Source of the DNA: Lytechinus pictus
Taxonomy: Eukaryota
Assembly (NCBI RefSeq): GCF_037042905.1
Contig: NC_087250.1
Location: forward strand, 17,362,001 to 17,426,000
Direction: 5' to 3'
Length of the DNA stretch: 64,000 nt
In this document: piece by piece, positions 1 through 13,937 of the stretch
Numbering within the stretch: position 1 is the first letter of the stretch
Layout: every line of letters starts with the position of its first letter
Position numbers and translations under genes: made by a program
The notes under the pieces: model-generated
The model's input: the letters and a program-made list of their open reading frames with translations, nothing else
The model's database searches: none
What the model was told of the DNA's origin: nothing

Positions 1-158
1 TCTGACCAAAAACTTCTCGATGCAAGGAATTTCCCGTTTTTATCATGTTTTAGTTTTTAGATTGTTTCCAAATGATGTTTACACAATGTACAGGTTCGAT
101 TCAGTTCTCATTAATAGACCCATTTCATGATGAAATGAAAATAAAATAAACAGATCAG

Positions 159-304
159 GGGCCCATTGCAGAAAGAGTTGCAATCAAACGCATCTCTAAA
201 AAATCATGCGCAACTTCATTTTCAACCAATCACCAGCGCGCATTTTGGACTTGCGATTGATTTTTTGACTTGCGTTTAAACGCAACTCTTTCTGCAACGG
301 GCCT
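159..304. mobile_element. MITE with GGGCCC termini and CAG TSD (PIF/Harbinger-like)
   Basis: Inverted arms gggcccattgcagaaagagttgc / gcaactctttctgcaacgggcct flanked by cag...cag. Confidence 0.75.
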
Positions 305-549
305 CAGTAGACACTTTGTTGTTGTATAATTTTGTTTGAATCGATATCATCAGGGAATCTAAAAATAAATATGACTACATCATATCTATACAGTTGAATT
401 ATTAATGGAAACGTTTTTTTTTATAGATAATTTATTCTTATTCGTTCTTGTTTACCCAAAGAACAATCATCACAGCCTGTTTCATTTTGTTTTCCGTTTG
501 GTCAGTATACCTTTGAAACCTTCATTTTATAATCTCTATCATATTTCAG

Positions 550-598
550 TTTGATAATCCACGGAGGGTTTCTCGGCGGTTTAGCTTCCGCGATCCCG
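550..598 (+). CDS. Possible STAC-like exon (FDNPRRVSRRFSFRDP)
   Basis: GC-rich island after a tttcag acceptor. Its last base G joins AA of the 5652 exon to give E-PVDPIY. The donor (gttatt) is weak. Confidence 0.4.
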
Positions 599-1224
599 GT
601 TATTGGGTATAATCTCGCAGCTTTAGTGTTCTTGAAATAAGAAATACTAATGTTCTTGCTCTTTGTGCTTTAATGTTTTGTTTTTTTAAACAAAGTAGTG
701 GAGAGACTCTGATATTGCAAACAGAGTTTTAATGGGGGTCAAAAGCGTTCCTGTACCCTTTTTTTAACTTCGATGGACTTTTGTTTCATTGTGACAGACT
801 TAGAAATTAATGACACACTCCCAATCCCACCCCTGCTTTCCGGATATGAATTTTATTTTAACATGAAAATAACTCCAGACCATTTTTCATTTAATCATCT
901 TTATTTTCTATTCCAATTGATTATATTCACAATAATGTTTTAAAACAACCCAATATAAAATTCGTAATTTTCATAAGTATAAACAAATTGACCTCGATGA
1001 GTTAGTCAAAATGACCGAAGTTATGTTTTTTAAGTGTTTTGTTTATTACTGTTAGAGTTCGTTGAGTTCTTTTGTTTGGTTATTTCAATTGTTTCACTCC
1101 GATCGAGAATTTTTTTTCTTTTCTTTTTGAATTACAAAAAAACAAAAGAATTCAGGATATATGTCTCTGAAACTATAGAATTTTCTGTTTTACAAATTGT
1201 TTAGAGTTTATTCATACTAATGTA

Positions 1225-2242
1225 TGTCACGTGGCGAGTGACTTTTTTTTTTTAATTATCTACCTACTGCTACTTGACACCAAATAAGGAATACGTAAAA
1301 CTGATAAATACAGTTAGTAAAAGATTTAATCAAATCTTTTCAATCATTCTGTTACTTTCTTTTGATTTCTTTTACAATGATTATACTGATAACAAAATAT
1401 ACATGGATATTGATAACAAAATATAACTTAACTTAAACAATAGTTGACTAGAGCCCCCATCATCTCGTCTGGCCTGGCCTGACATGCCCCACTCAGCCCT
1501 GGTGGTCGGTCGAGTTCCTGGGCTCCGCAGCTTGCGATATCTCTTCCACTCGGCCTCGGCCTCCGCAGACTGTGTTGCCCCTTGATGAGTAGCCCCCTGA
1601 TCAGAGAGATGTGGCTTCAACGAATTAGTGGACGAGATCGAGCCCCCAATAATGACATGAGTTTTGACGAATCATGTCGGTGGAGAACCGGCGGCAGCTG
1701 GGGTCGTTATCTCGTCACCGACGTAGTCCCTCAGTTCTAACTTTGACTGCCTATAGTAACATCCGTAGTCTATTCTAGCTTAGGTGGTTCTCCACCGACA
1801 TGATTCGTCAAAACTCATGTCATTATTGGGGGCTCGATCTCGTCCACTAATTCGTTGAAGCCACATCTCTCTGATCTGGGGACTACTCATCAAGGGGCAA
1901 CACAGTCTGTGGAGGCCGAGGCCGAGTAGAAGAGACATCGCAAGCTGCGGAGGCCAGGAAGTGGACCGACCACCAGGGCCGAGTGGGGCATGTCAGGCCA
2001 GACGAGATGATGGGGGCTCTAGTCAACTATTGTTTAAGTTAAGTTATATTTTGTTATCAATATCCATGTATATTTTGTTATCAGTATAATCATTGTAAAA
2101 GAAATCAAAAGAAAGTAACAGAATGATTGAAAAGATTTGATCAAATCTTTTACTAACTGTATTTATCAGTTTTACGTATTCCTTATTTGGTGTCAAGTAG
2201 CAGTAGGTAGATAATTTTAAAAAAGTCACTCGCCACGTGACA
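1225..2242. mobile_element. Foldback element with ~465-bp inverted arms, TG...CA ends and a 5-bp TSD (ATGTA)
   Basis: 1225-1689 is the near-perfect reverse complement of 1786-2242. ATGTA at 1220-1224 and 2243-2247. Confidence 0.88.
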
Positions 2243-3510
2243 ATGTACATTATAGGGTCTGTTCATATACTGGATGATTTCAAGTTCAGTGTTGACCTTT
2301 TGGTGTTGTTGTTTAGGTCAATTTTGACATGAGTATAACAACAGACATAAAATGAAGATGGTCCCGAAAAGTCACTCACTAGTTGTTGAGATGTCATTAA
2401 TGTGATCCGGGTCAGTTTTACAAACTCTGAATAAGTTTTGGAGCTAAAGGAAGCAATCTAAATTTCAGCGCCAAGGCCAACACCAGACTTGAAATCACCC
2501 ATTGTATACAAAATACAAAAGAAGCTAATATTGCTACCCAAACCTCAACTTGTGACATTAAAAAAATGTTAATAGGTGCATTATTATGTTTCAGAAAAGA
2601 TTTATGTATTTGCATTTTCTGCGGAAAGGATGCAATATTTTACCTTAGAAATTTTTCTTTATTAATGCATCTAGAGTTTAAAAAAATTCCTATTTTATGT
2701 GTGTATTTGTAAAGTTTTAGGTCTCAATGACTGATTATGTTTAATGTTGGGGAAGCGGTTGCACAAAATGCACATGGAAGAGGCCATGTGGTTTATATGT
2801 ATTGTGCTATATTTCAGGAATGAGGCCGTAAAATGTTGTATACGTTCTTTGTGCTCAATTATGTTTTACAGCAAGAAGGGCGTAGCGGGAAGAAGCTGTT
2901 TGTTCGGCAAATGAGCGTTCGAGAGATACGGAATCTGGTATTGGGAAATTCTGATATTATGCTAGCTCCTTTCATTCTTCAACTCTCTTCCTTGCATTTT
3001 GTAGATGCATGAAAGCGTAGAGTATGCGGGAAGCGTTTCACAAATGTTTCAAAAAAATAATACGTGAAGAATATATTTGCTAGAAAAAGCGGAAGATACA
3101 ATCTTTATTTCGCAACGAAAATCAATAAAAACAAAAGGTGGTCAAGTAAGAATTTAAAATATTTTGTGAAACGATGATCCGTAGTTCATATACAATAGAT
3201 GGATATATTCGTATTGTATACTTCTTCCAATTTAGAACCCAAACCTGCTTTTTAGACAAATTCTAATAATATTACAAAGTATTTATCCCCGCTAGACGCC
3301 AGTATACCTACATGAACCTGTAAAAAGATTTACCTCATCTCTCCCAACTTCTCTTTTCTGCTTACATTTAGCATGTGCTAGCCCTATATATTTTGTGAAC
3401 CATTTGTAAGAAATAAACAAGTGAGTTCGTATATATAATCAGATAATAGAATACCGCAATCAGTAGTTTGTCATTGCTATATGATAACTTTTGGGGTGAA
3501 AGGCCAGTCA

Positions 3511-3658
3511 TGGGGAACGTTTCATTGGCATTTTACTTCGACAAATCGGACAACTTTCCTTGATTTTGATTGGTTGAGAAACACGGTTACTATGGTAACG
3601 GACAAAATGGGACGTCTGGTAAAACGTCCCACAAGTCATTTCATGAAATGCTCACCTG
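3511..3658. mobile_element. Degenerate MITE, same family as 31225-31381
   Basis: gggaacgtttcat...atgaaatgctcac ends and a shared internal gttactatggtaac. Confidence 0.6.
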
Positions 3659-4509
3659 TTCATCCATTCCTTCCTTGTGGTATGTGCCATACGATCTATT
3701 TATGAAAATAAGTAAAGGAAGCGTTTCCATTATTGTTTTGCTGTCTAACAAGGTTTACCATAAAAGTTAATTCGTGCAGCAAGCTGCCAAGAAATTATGG
3801 TAAAAACATTTTAGTCAATTACGGTATTTTCGCCCGGATATTAGGCTGGAAAATATTTAGTTCTCCCTGTAAAAAAAATCCGGTATACTTTCGCAGTGTG
3901 GGCGGTATATCAAAATGAGATAGCTAATGACTTAAGTCATGACAAACAAATTATTATTTTCGGGTTTTTTTTTTCATCTATGAAATTTAAAGCATTTCGA
4001 AATTTCAGTTATACCATTTTACAATAAGCATCATAAGCAATCACTATTCTGTTACCAACAAAAAGAAAAAAAAAACAATCACGATTCAGGGGTTACATAG
4101 CCAAAATTAGAAGGATGACATTTCATAAAAATAAAATAGGAAATGAATTGAATCTGATGTCACTTAAATACATGGATATATGATTACCTGCAAAACTCAA
4201 ATTTTATTAACATTTCAGTCTTAATTTGATCAATTTTTGTACATCTCTGCATTTAATAATGTTCGGTATACACTTTAATTCCTCTCTCATGTAGTTGCTT
4301 ATATACTCAACCTTTCAATGTTTTATTTTTTTAATCTATTTATCTTGATTGTTACGGCATGTTTTCCAATAGCATGTAGTTTTCCTTAAAAATGTTGGTG
4401 CTAAATTCCTATTTCGGTCAGTGCATGACAACATATATCGATTTTTTTACCTGTTTTTCCTTCTTGTAGAGAAATAACATTTGCAGTGCATTCTGCTACA
4501 TGCATGCGT

Positions 4510-4729
4510 AACCGACTCCAGGGACAAACGACATATTTGCAATTTTTCATCAGCTCCAAATATTAGGACGATCTGCTGTCCCGGTTCAACAATTTTTGAC
4601 GATGACCTCTAATCTGTTCGTGGGATTCGACGGGATTTTCTAAATATTTAAATTGTTCTACAATCCGTCCTCATCACAATTGAGAAACTCGCTATTGCAT
4701 AATTACCATTGACATACCTGGAGTCGGTT
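4510..4729. mobile_element. MITE with AACCGACTCCAGG inverted ends
   Basis: 13-bp perfect inverted termini ~220 bp apart. Confidence 0.55.
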
Positions 4730-5651
4730 TCGTTGGTGTGACTTTAATAGCATTGGTTATGTAAATAAAATGTGGGAACCAAAAGTTTAAAAAAAATCTA
4801 CGTATACCTCCATCAAATAACATTTACAAAAGCTTTCCAGAGCAAATATCCCTTTAATATGATTCTTTTGCATTTAATCGTCAAGTTTTCAATTGCTTGA
4901 TAGCTTGTACTAAACAGATTATCACATCTTTTTTTATCTTATTCCTTATTTCAGTCATGTACTTTATGCACTTTTCATAACTATGACCCCTCAATAGAAC
5001 AAGTCATCAGTACCAGTCATTATCACATTTGCCCGTTTGCTATTATTAAATGATGACTGAGCACGTGATGAATTTCAGCCAATCGTTTCATAAAGATAAA
5101 TGTCACCAGCTTACTTCAATTAGATATTCCAAAAGTGTATCCCCATCCCCGTTGTGGCATATCTGTAATGAAGGTATGTACGCGAAATTATTGATTCCTT
5201 CTTTCCATGAAATAACAATAAAACAATTTTTACCAATAACTTTTCTCTTAACTTGAAAGCCTGACAAGCGAAAGATGCTCCGTAGACAGAAGAGCACGAC
5301 TGATCTTGATACAAGAAGTTTAAGTGATGTCAAAGGAACAATAAGAGAGGGTAAGAAACTCGAGGGCGCTCACTAATAGCTACAGTTTGTTATACCAAAG
5401 ATTCGTTTATGCGAAGGTACAAATGCTCAGATTGTTTGATATTCCGATGCTTTGAAAGTCCGGAAAATAATTGATACGAAGGTTTTTTATTCCAAAACAA
5501 AAAAAGATTTCGGTAGTCAGAAAATTAAGAAAGGTTTATAAAGTTCATGAATATCTTTCGTAATCACGAATCTTATTTCATTTTCGGACTCTTAAACCTT
5601 CGTATAAACAAACCTTTGATTCTTTTTTTACTCCCCCCCCCCCTCCTACAG

Positions 5652-5886
5652 AACCAGTTGATCCCATCTACCACACGATCAAGTGTGCTGCTAGTTTATC
5701 AGGGTCCACTACCGACATGGCCCGTCGAGGGTCAGTATCATCAACGATGTCTTCAGGGAGTCCGAAAGGGACGCCCTCTAAGTCCAAACCGCAACAGGCG
5801 TCACCTGCTAACAACGAGGGTAATTTCCTGTTAGCACCCGATTCGCCGACGCGGAGATCGGGAACGCCAAAGTCAGCACCGCATAG
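5652..5886 (+). CDS. STAC: STAC-like gene exon (PVDPIYHTIKCAASL...KSAPHR)
   Basis: Polypyrimidine/tacag acceptor and AG|gttagt donor. VDPIY..+..SL resembles the STAC VDPVYETLRFGTSL motif and is followed by a Ser/Pro-rich linker. Confidence 0.75.
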
Positions 5887-5920
5887 GTTAGTAATGGTTC
5901 CTCTTTGGCACACTTGACGT

Positions 5921-6193
5921 GGAGCGTCGTGGCCCAGTGGATTAGTCTCCGGACTTTGAAACAGAGGGTCGTGGGTTCAAATCCCAGCCATGGCGTAATT
6001 TCCTTCAGCAAGGAATTCATCCACAGTGTGCTGCACTCGACCCAGGTGAGGTAAATGGGTACCGGCAGGAAGTCATTCCTCAAAAAGCTGTGTGCACCGA
6101 ATAGGTAGCCTAGCTTAGCCGGGTAATAATAGCAGGGTCCGCTGGGAGAACAGTTTTCGGAACTGAAGTGGCTACCCTGGGTAAATATACCTA

Positions 6194-6227
<34 letters not shown>
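5921..6227 (+). mobile_element. tRNA-derived SINE
   Basis: A box TGGCCCAGTGG, B box GGTTCAAATCC, core ...GACCCAGGTGAGGTAAATGGGTACC, (TTA)n tail; several related copies in the window. Confidence 0.9.
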
Positions 6228-7354
6228 GACAAATAATTATTCAATTACCATCATTCAGTTCATTCTAAAAGTTGTCTTTTGATCGAATTTACAAGTAATG
6301 AGAAAAATATCACCACTCCGTTGATATTTGAGAGTACTACTTAGTAGCAATATTCATTATCGGTCAAAGACAACAATATACGATTAGGTGTTTTACAAAT
6401 ATGACACATAAAACGTTGTATGTAGTGTGCCTCATTTAGTAACAAGGGAACTTAATTTGTCACAATAGGCTTTATTTTTTTAAATACATCTATGTTTCCA
6501 TTTTACAACGCTTTTTTTTTTCTTCATTGAAATGTCCAAATATTAAATGATTTCAGAGCTAATTATATTTTTTCCTTTACTTCCTCTCCATTTCATCCTA
6601 CCTAAATTGTTTTACATTAATATCGCGATGTTCTAATAAACAATAATGATGTTGATAACATAATTTCAACAATTTTTGTTCTGTATTTAAAATTAAACAA
6701 CTTTTGTATGTAATTAAAGGTGAATTATGTCATCTATTCATTATTATTGTTATTTGATATACATGAAAATTGTGTTTTTATTCTCAATATATATTTGCCA
6801 CAAATAATATTTAACCTATCTAACACGTTTGGACCAAAAGTCACTGCACTAACTTAATATTCTGCTTACCCTATTCCCCTTCTTTTCTTCTTATGGCATG
6901 CATATGAATCTGTTTCTGAAATGCAATTATTTTTTTTCACTTTTATTCCTTTATTTCATCTTTGATATATGAATTAATCTATATTCATTGTCGATAAACG
7001 ATGATTATGCCGACATTTGACCGACTAAAAATATTTTATACAAAATACTATCAAAATTGAGAATTATTAATTTTGCCTACTACTGAACCGATGTGAAATT
7101 TGATAAACAATTAAATAAATATATTTCCCTATCATGAAATTCATCTTATATGACAATGCGTATTAATACCCATGATAATTTATTTTATGTTTTTTTATTC
7201 CTTTTATTTTCGCTTTTTAACGATTCATTCTATTGCGATTAAACTTTTTTATGACTTTAAAATCGGAATCGGAATTCTTGGTATTAAATCGACCTAAAAA
7301 AACGAACAAAAAAACACTGCATGTATTTGTTTTTTTACCATACTACCACTATAT

Positions 7355-7705
7355 CAACGTCACATGCATGTTCTTAGCAATGTCACGTGCATGTACATGT
7401 TCTTATTGTCACAAAATACCACATGTTTCTCCGTTTGTTGTCACACATTCTTACATTCACGTCCGTATGGTGTCATACACTGTCACATGCATGTTCTTTT
7501 ACTGTCACACGCATGTTGTTACACTGCCACATACCGTCACATGTTCTTATATTGTCACACCCGCATGTCCTTATATATTCCCAACTTGCAAAATGCATGT
7601 CCTTATATTTTTACAAAATGCCACCCGCATGTCCCTATATTGTAATACACTGTCACCTGCATGTCCTTATCTGTTTCTTACCATATCTTTGTATTACATC
7701 CGCAT
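7355..7705. repeat. Degenerate ~25-bp minisatellite (tgtcacacgcatgtccttatat)
   Basis: Recurrent tgtcac / gcatgt units. Confidence 0.75.
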
Positions 7706-8297
7706 GATTTTATGCTGGCACACGTTCTGTTAGATATACTTTTTTTTCTCGTTATGTTGTTATTTGCATGTTTTATTCTGTCCTCCATTTCGATTGCATA
7801 CCTCTTCTCCCACACTAATACTTTCATAACTTACTATTGATACTGTTACACTCTATCCCACATGTCGTTAAGTTGTCAAAACGTTGTCCTTTCTTGCTAT
7901 CAATGTAAACTCTTACCTTAAAAAAATCCACACCGCACTTTACCTCATTGCACCTCCTGAATCCAACCGACACCCTCACTGCATCCATTTTACCCCTTAC
8001 ACACCAACACGCCCCTCGCTTACACCCTCCCCTCGCTTACACACACACGCTCCATCGAAAAACACCCATCAACCATAATGCACAATGCCCTTACCCTCAT
8101 TGCATCCACCATCCCCTCACACACCAACCCTTCCTGAAAATTAATGCACCCCGCCCACACCCTTACTGCATCCGCTATAATGCTCCCACACCCACGCTCC
8201 ATCGAACTCACCCATCAACCTTCATGCACCCACACCCTCATACTCCCATGTTCCACCGGACACTACCGCCCACCTTGACAATCCTTTACCCCCATAG

Positions 8298-8545
8298 ATC
8301 CGTAGCGCAGTTTGGTAGTCTCGGTCGTCACTTTTCCTCCCCCCTCCATGATATTAACCAAACTCGGGAAAATCGTGTTTTTATTTTACCGTCTGCCGCC
8401 CCCACCGCCCATTCTACTCCCACACCCACCTATGTGGGGCGCCCTCGTGTCCGGTCGGCCATCAGCCCAAACCAAGCAGGAGAGGAATCAAGAAGGAAGA
8501 TTCTGCAGTCTTACGGGAAGAGCATGTCCTTTGATACCGAACCAT
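8298..8545 (+). CDS. Probable STAC-like linker exon (SVAQFGSLGRHFSSP...SMSFDTEP)
   Basis: cccatag acceptor and T|gtgaga donor, open frame, phase-compatible with the previous exon (AG+A = Arg). Confidence 0.6.
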
Positions 8546-10358
8546 GTGAGAATCTAATGAAATATCAATTTAATTTCTAAAAATATCGAATATCTATTAC
8601 GTATAGAAAAATACATATTTTTGGAAGTGGGGTTTCCGCAGAATGCTATTAATTAGGCAACAAAATAGAACTAATTAAAGTCCAGAATAGAACATCACAG
8701 TAGTGTCGAATAAAATCTTGCTAGAAGGTCTAATCGGTATAAGGGTGAACCTGAATGGGGTTCAAGCACTAGGTTTGATGATATCAAGAAAAGGGCTGGT
8801 CTTAGTAATATTGAGAGGAAGAGTTCACGAGGAAAAAAATAAGAGCGCTATATTCACAAGTTCTCTGACTCTGACTCAGATGAGAGAGGAACGGTGATAA
8901 GATTTGTGAAATTGGAAAGAAATAATTTATTTACGGGAAATGTTCTGAAGTTGATGGAATGTCTGTCTTCCAAATTCTGATATGGATACGTTTCGTTTGT
9001 GTTAGTCAGATGTGGACTTTAATATGAGATGAGAGTGCGGAGTTCCTTGACATTGAAACTCTGCGCAAAATGCATAGCACGTCGGTGTTTGTGCAACACA
9101 ATATTCCTGTATCGATCATTGCAAGTTTAGTTTACTTGAAATAAATCGCCCATGTTCATTTATCACTCTGATGTTTCTTTACACTCTCTTTGATCGAAAC
9201 AAATTAATTCATATAAGCCAATATCAAGTGAAACACAACGTTATGGCCATTATTCCTTTTCAGCACACAAATCAAGCACAAATGGTCGAAAGAGCGAACC
9301 GCCACCTCCTATTGAGAACGTAAGTATGATGGACACAATGCAATATTCTTCGTATTCTTGTTTACACATATCTTTCAGAATGACTTTTATCTCTATCTCT
9401 ATAGAGACTAAATTTTTTAAGTATCGAACTTTTTCACCGATAAAGCTTCGCCAAATTTATGTCACTCAGTCTTCAGATTATTCATCTATTAAACAAAATT
9501 TTACTCGAAATGCATAGATGCCTTCCTTCAGGGACATGGTAGCTTATTTTTTTACCTTATTATCTTTAACATGTCTAAGTAAAAAGTTTGAGCAATTAGC
9601 TAGAAAGGATATATGTATATGATAAAACAAAATTTAAAAGATATTGTTATTGATAATGATAAGTATAATAATAATTAATAGATAAATAAATACACAAATA
9701 ACGAATTAATATGTATCTTTACCACTTGTTTTATATAAAGTGTATAGATAGTATACTCTGTGTACCTGTATGTCATATACTGACATTTTGCCATTGTAGA
9801 TCAATAATCTTATGGAGCATTTTCTTCTCAATTGAGTAATTTTTTTTCCAAGTTTGCAGTGATATTTTTTCACCTCTTTCCTTCTTTTGCCGTGAATTTG
9901 CAATATGGGTGTAGCAAAGTGGTTTACTTTTTGTTCTATGAACTTCTTAAGTGTTCGCATTTTCACATTTCTTCCTGTATATTCAGTAAACTTGATGCTG
10001 CATAGCAATGATCATTTGTTTCAAAACAAAATAGAATTGTAATGGTTCATTGAGGTATATTACTGATGTACGTCATACATTCTACGAAAATTTATATTAA
10101 GAGTTGATTTATCTGAAAGCTGAATTGTTGCCCTTCGTTTCCCATAGCTATATATTTTATTTCTCCCAGATTTCATCCTGAAGACCTCGTCCCTATTATA
10201 TGATAATTATCTCCCCTTTCCCCGTAAAGAAAGGTTGAAAATCATCAGATTTGGTGTGAAACTATTTGGTAATTAATGTATTTATTTTTTGCATTGACCC
10301 ATTTCCCTCGAGAATAATTTTGACTTTGAGAATGATTTCCCCCTTTGCGCTACCATAG

Positions 10359-10478
10359 AATCCCCCACGTCACTCCTCTTCTGCCTCTGACGTCATGAAT
10401 GTGCGGTTTACGTCCACCCTTCCAACCCGGCAAAAATATTCTGGTCGCGTTATTTCAAGTTCAGTCAAGTGTTGTAAG
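10359..10478 (+). CDS. Possible linker exon (NPPRHSSSASDVMNVRF...)
   Basis: ccatag acceptor, open phase-0 frame, AAG|gtgacc donor. At least one more exon is needed between 8545 (phase 1) and 13216 (phase 0); boundaries are uncertain. Confidence 0.3.
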
Positions 10479-12987
10479 GTGACCTCAAAGAGAACATATT
10501 ATATTTTGTCCATTCCGTTGTTATGTGTATATATCGGCAATATTTTTGTTTTACTTTGCACGGTTATAAATCCTATCCGCATTTATTGGTATGTATACCA
10601 CGCAACCTTGGCTGAATGTGGTGTATGCAAGAAGAAGAATGACGAATGTAGGCGGATTTATTGTGTTTGTTTCTTTTGGCTAAGAAATGTGACTCAAATC
10701 TATCATATTCAAGCCCCCCCCCCCCTCCTCTATTAAGCTAATTGGAAATGAAACACATCGTTATTTTACTTGTAACGAACTTTACCAAAAATTTCCAATA
10801 TGGCTTGAATTGGCGGGTAAAAGTTGTTTATACCTCGGGCTATTGTCAAGACAGAATTTACCCAATACATTGTGCTATACAAACGATGTGTAAAAGGACA
10901 AATGATTATAAATGCAAAGTAGCGCGTTGATCAATTGGCTTTTCCACCTGTTTGATTTTTAGGAATACATTTTTGGGGACAATTCCAGTAATGGATTCGA
11001 TAGGCCTACTTTTTTTTATTCAATTCAGCCAAGATTGTGAGCATGTAGATCTACATGAACCATTTTTTTGTACTGAATGCTCTTGTCTCTCAGTTTAAGA
11101 CTATGATTTCTTGTATTTATGCTTTATTATTGCATGAATAATTGCGTGGTACGTGCTACTAACTTTACTGACTTAACCAACATGCTTTTTTTTTTTTTGG
11201 TTTGGTTTGGTTTTATTTACCGTATAAAAATCACAATAAAATACATTTCACAAGATATTATATCAAATATAAATATATAAACATGCACATAAAAATATAC
11301 GGATGGATCACTCTATTCAGAGCCATTGATATAATGGCTCTGTTCTTCCTAGAGGTCCAGTCAAAGTAACATGATAAATAATATGACATATATATATAAT
11401 GACACATTGATGATAACACGTATTTACAATATTATTAATTTAAAAAAAAATAATAATAATAATAATAATAAATACTACACAAAAGCGAGTGGTAAACAAA
11501 ATAATGATAAATTTACTGTTATGCATTGAGATAGCAAATGATTAGAAAACTCTCTCTCGTTTATAACACGAGTGTGATTTATTATTGTGCGAAACATAAC
11601 GTATACACTATGGCATTGGCAAACACACATCATTACGTCCAGGCACAATTACATTTTCGCGCTTTCATCATCATACTTAACACTATTTGTATTATCAACA
11701 GTCCTTATTACTATTTTCTTTTTTTTTCGTTATCATTTTTCAAATGAATATCACTGTTACCACGAATATCACCGTTGTTATTATCATAGTCTTTTGCTAT
11801 TAACTTCATCATCATTCATAATCACTTTTCGATCGTCATAATGTCGCACTTTATTTTCATATGAATTCACTTGCTATAGATTACTTATGGAGTAACATCT
11901 TATGAATTATGATGTACTATGCTAACATGTAACTGTAAACTAACATTTCGATATATTGTGGTACGATGGTTTGATTGTTTTTAGAATGGAATAGATCCCT
12001 CCTCTCACTATCATTATCTCACAAAATCACACACAACCCTCACCCAGGTTGTGCATGTACACTATAAAATATGACAAATATTTAACCATCGCTGGTATTC
12101 TATTAAACATGCGAAACTTTTGATCAACATGAGTGCCACAAAAAAATTGTGTCCAATTTCTGGTCGAAACTTTGACCACCTATTTGGTGTTCAGTAAACA
12201 GCTTTTCAAAATGTAACTTGTTCTAGATTGGTTTTGATCAACAGTAAGTGAAAAGCTTTTACGAAAAACTGGTCACAATATTTTTTCCAGCCCTGTTTCG
12301 TCTAAAGTATTTAAGAACAGTTTTGTATGTTTGATAGGATATCAACATTGGTCATATTGGAAGCGTATGTTAAATAATTTGTACGTAGGAATCCCATGAA
12401 TGCTTAAAGACAATAAGAGGAGACGAACTCGCATGAAAATAAGAACTAACCTTGTTAGTATTAGAGTGGTTATATCGACCACAATCGTTTCATAGTATGG
12501 TAGAAATTAATGATCAATCTTACCAATATAAATTTATAAATGTTTTATTCTATATCACGATTGTAATGAGCGTAGTAAGGTAGTGTGTATTTATTTTCAA
12601 ACAATAACGATGATATTAATTGTTTCTAACAACAAAATTTTGGTTAATCTGCATGTTAGAAACATAGTAATAATGTAACATTTGTTCTGTAATTTTTTTT
12701 TTTTTTACATTAGATTAAAATTCGTGTTTTGGGGATAATGTACATTTTCAATGGTATAATGATACTAGTCTTTTGAGTTTGTCCTATTTCTAGCAGTGTT
12801 CCTCAAGGTTTCTTATTTGACCCATTCGTATTTATTGTAACGCTTGTGAGTTCTAATTACCATTGCACAATTCAGAATGTAAAAAGGTGACAAATGTTTA
12901 CACACGAAATTGAATTAAGAAAGGGGATTTTTTTTTTAATGTAAATTAATAGAAGTTGCAAAGCTAGCATGTAACGTTCAGGTGGAA

Positions 12988-12991
<4 letters not shown>

Positions 12992-13034
<43 letters not shown>
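12992..13034. repeat. (TA)n microsatellite
   Basis: Seen directly. Confidence 0.95.
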
Positions 13035-13037
<3 letters not shown>

Positions 13038-13215
13038 GTGTAGTATTCATAACCAGTATAGTAACTTTTCTTTATCACCTGTCTCGATTTGCTACACACA
13101 TACACACAAGTAAATTTTAATACTAGGTTATTTTGTTTAGTCACGAGGAGTCGAGCAATATTCTTGGAATCTTTTACTGTCAAGACTAACATTCTTTGTA
13201 TTTTATTTTCATTAG

Positions 13216-13301
13216 GATGCATCGACGAGCCCTGCGCCGGGGAGGGAGTATGTGTGTCTATATGACTTTGAAGGCATGCTCCGGGACGACCTATCACTGA
13301 A
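13216..13301 (+). CDS. STAC: STAC-like exon, start of SH3-1 (DASTSPAPGREYVCLYDFEGMLRDDLSLK)
   Basis: cattag acceptor, AA|gtaaga donor, SH3 motif YVxLYDF...DDLSL. Confidence 0.88.
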
Positions 13302-13801
13302 GTAAGAAGCTGTTTTTATATTTCTATAGAAATGGGTATAAAATGTGTGATGTATATTTCTCTTTACCCACACAGATACACAACTAAAGCCTTATTTTAA
13401 TCTCCTTTTCCTCCTCAAATTTTCATAATTTGTTTCTTTAAACCGTTACATAATGTGGAAAATCAAGTATGCATTTTATTAACATAAGTCAAAATGTACA
13501 AGATTCGCAAGATTTCAATTAAAAAAACCCTGTTTTTTATCGATTTTTTTTTCAATTTAGATAGAAAATAATTTGCTTCAAGTAAACATTTTTACCAGGG
13601 ACAGCACAATATACTCCAATGAAAGTGATATCTTTATTTAGTTTCACATAGGTGGATCAAGGATTTTGAAAAAGAGGGGGCGCACATGATAATTTTGGTA
13701 ATTTTAGCTATTACTATGCTCAATGGGTAATTTCATGCTATTTGTTCCTATATCGGTTGGTATATTATGATTTATTGCATATTCCTATTTTCTTATTCCA
13801 G

Positions 13802-13853
13802 GGCTGGCCAGAAAGTTCGAGTAGCCGAGGACGAGGGATCTGATTGGTGGAAG
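13802..13853 (+). CDS. STAC: STAC-like exon, SH3-1 middle (AGQKVRVAEDEGSDWWK)
   Basis: ttccag acceptor, AAG|gtaaat donor, SH3 DWWK motif, phases match both neighbours. Confidence 0.9.
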
Positions 13854-13937
13854 GTAAATATGTTGTACAATTACTTTGTAGGGGTCGATGCTATCAGAGT
13901 TAATGCAACAGAGAAGAGGGGTGAAGAGATCCCATTT

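Noticed and set aside
1381..1620. 79-aa minus-strand ORF
   Set aside because: Lies in a foldback arm, starts at a non-ATG codon, and the other arm differs by a 5-bp indel.
5921..5995. tRNA gene
   Set aside because: A and B boxes are present but the acceptor and anticodon stems do not pair properly, and it runs into a SINE body and tail.
7233..8297. His/Cys/Pro-rich ORFs
   Set aside because: Translations of degenerate minisatellite and CA-rich intronic DNA.
11185..11365. Possible minus-strand LINE 3' end (poly-T, ggttt repeats, small hairpin)
   Set aside because: Suggestive only; no reverse-transcriptase sequence or TSD could be identified.
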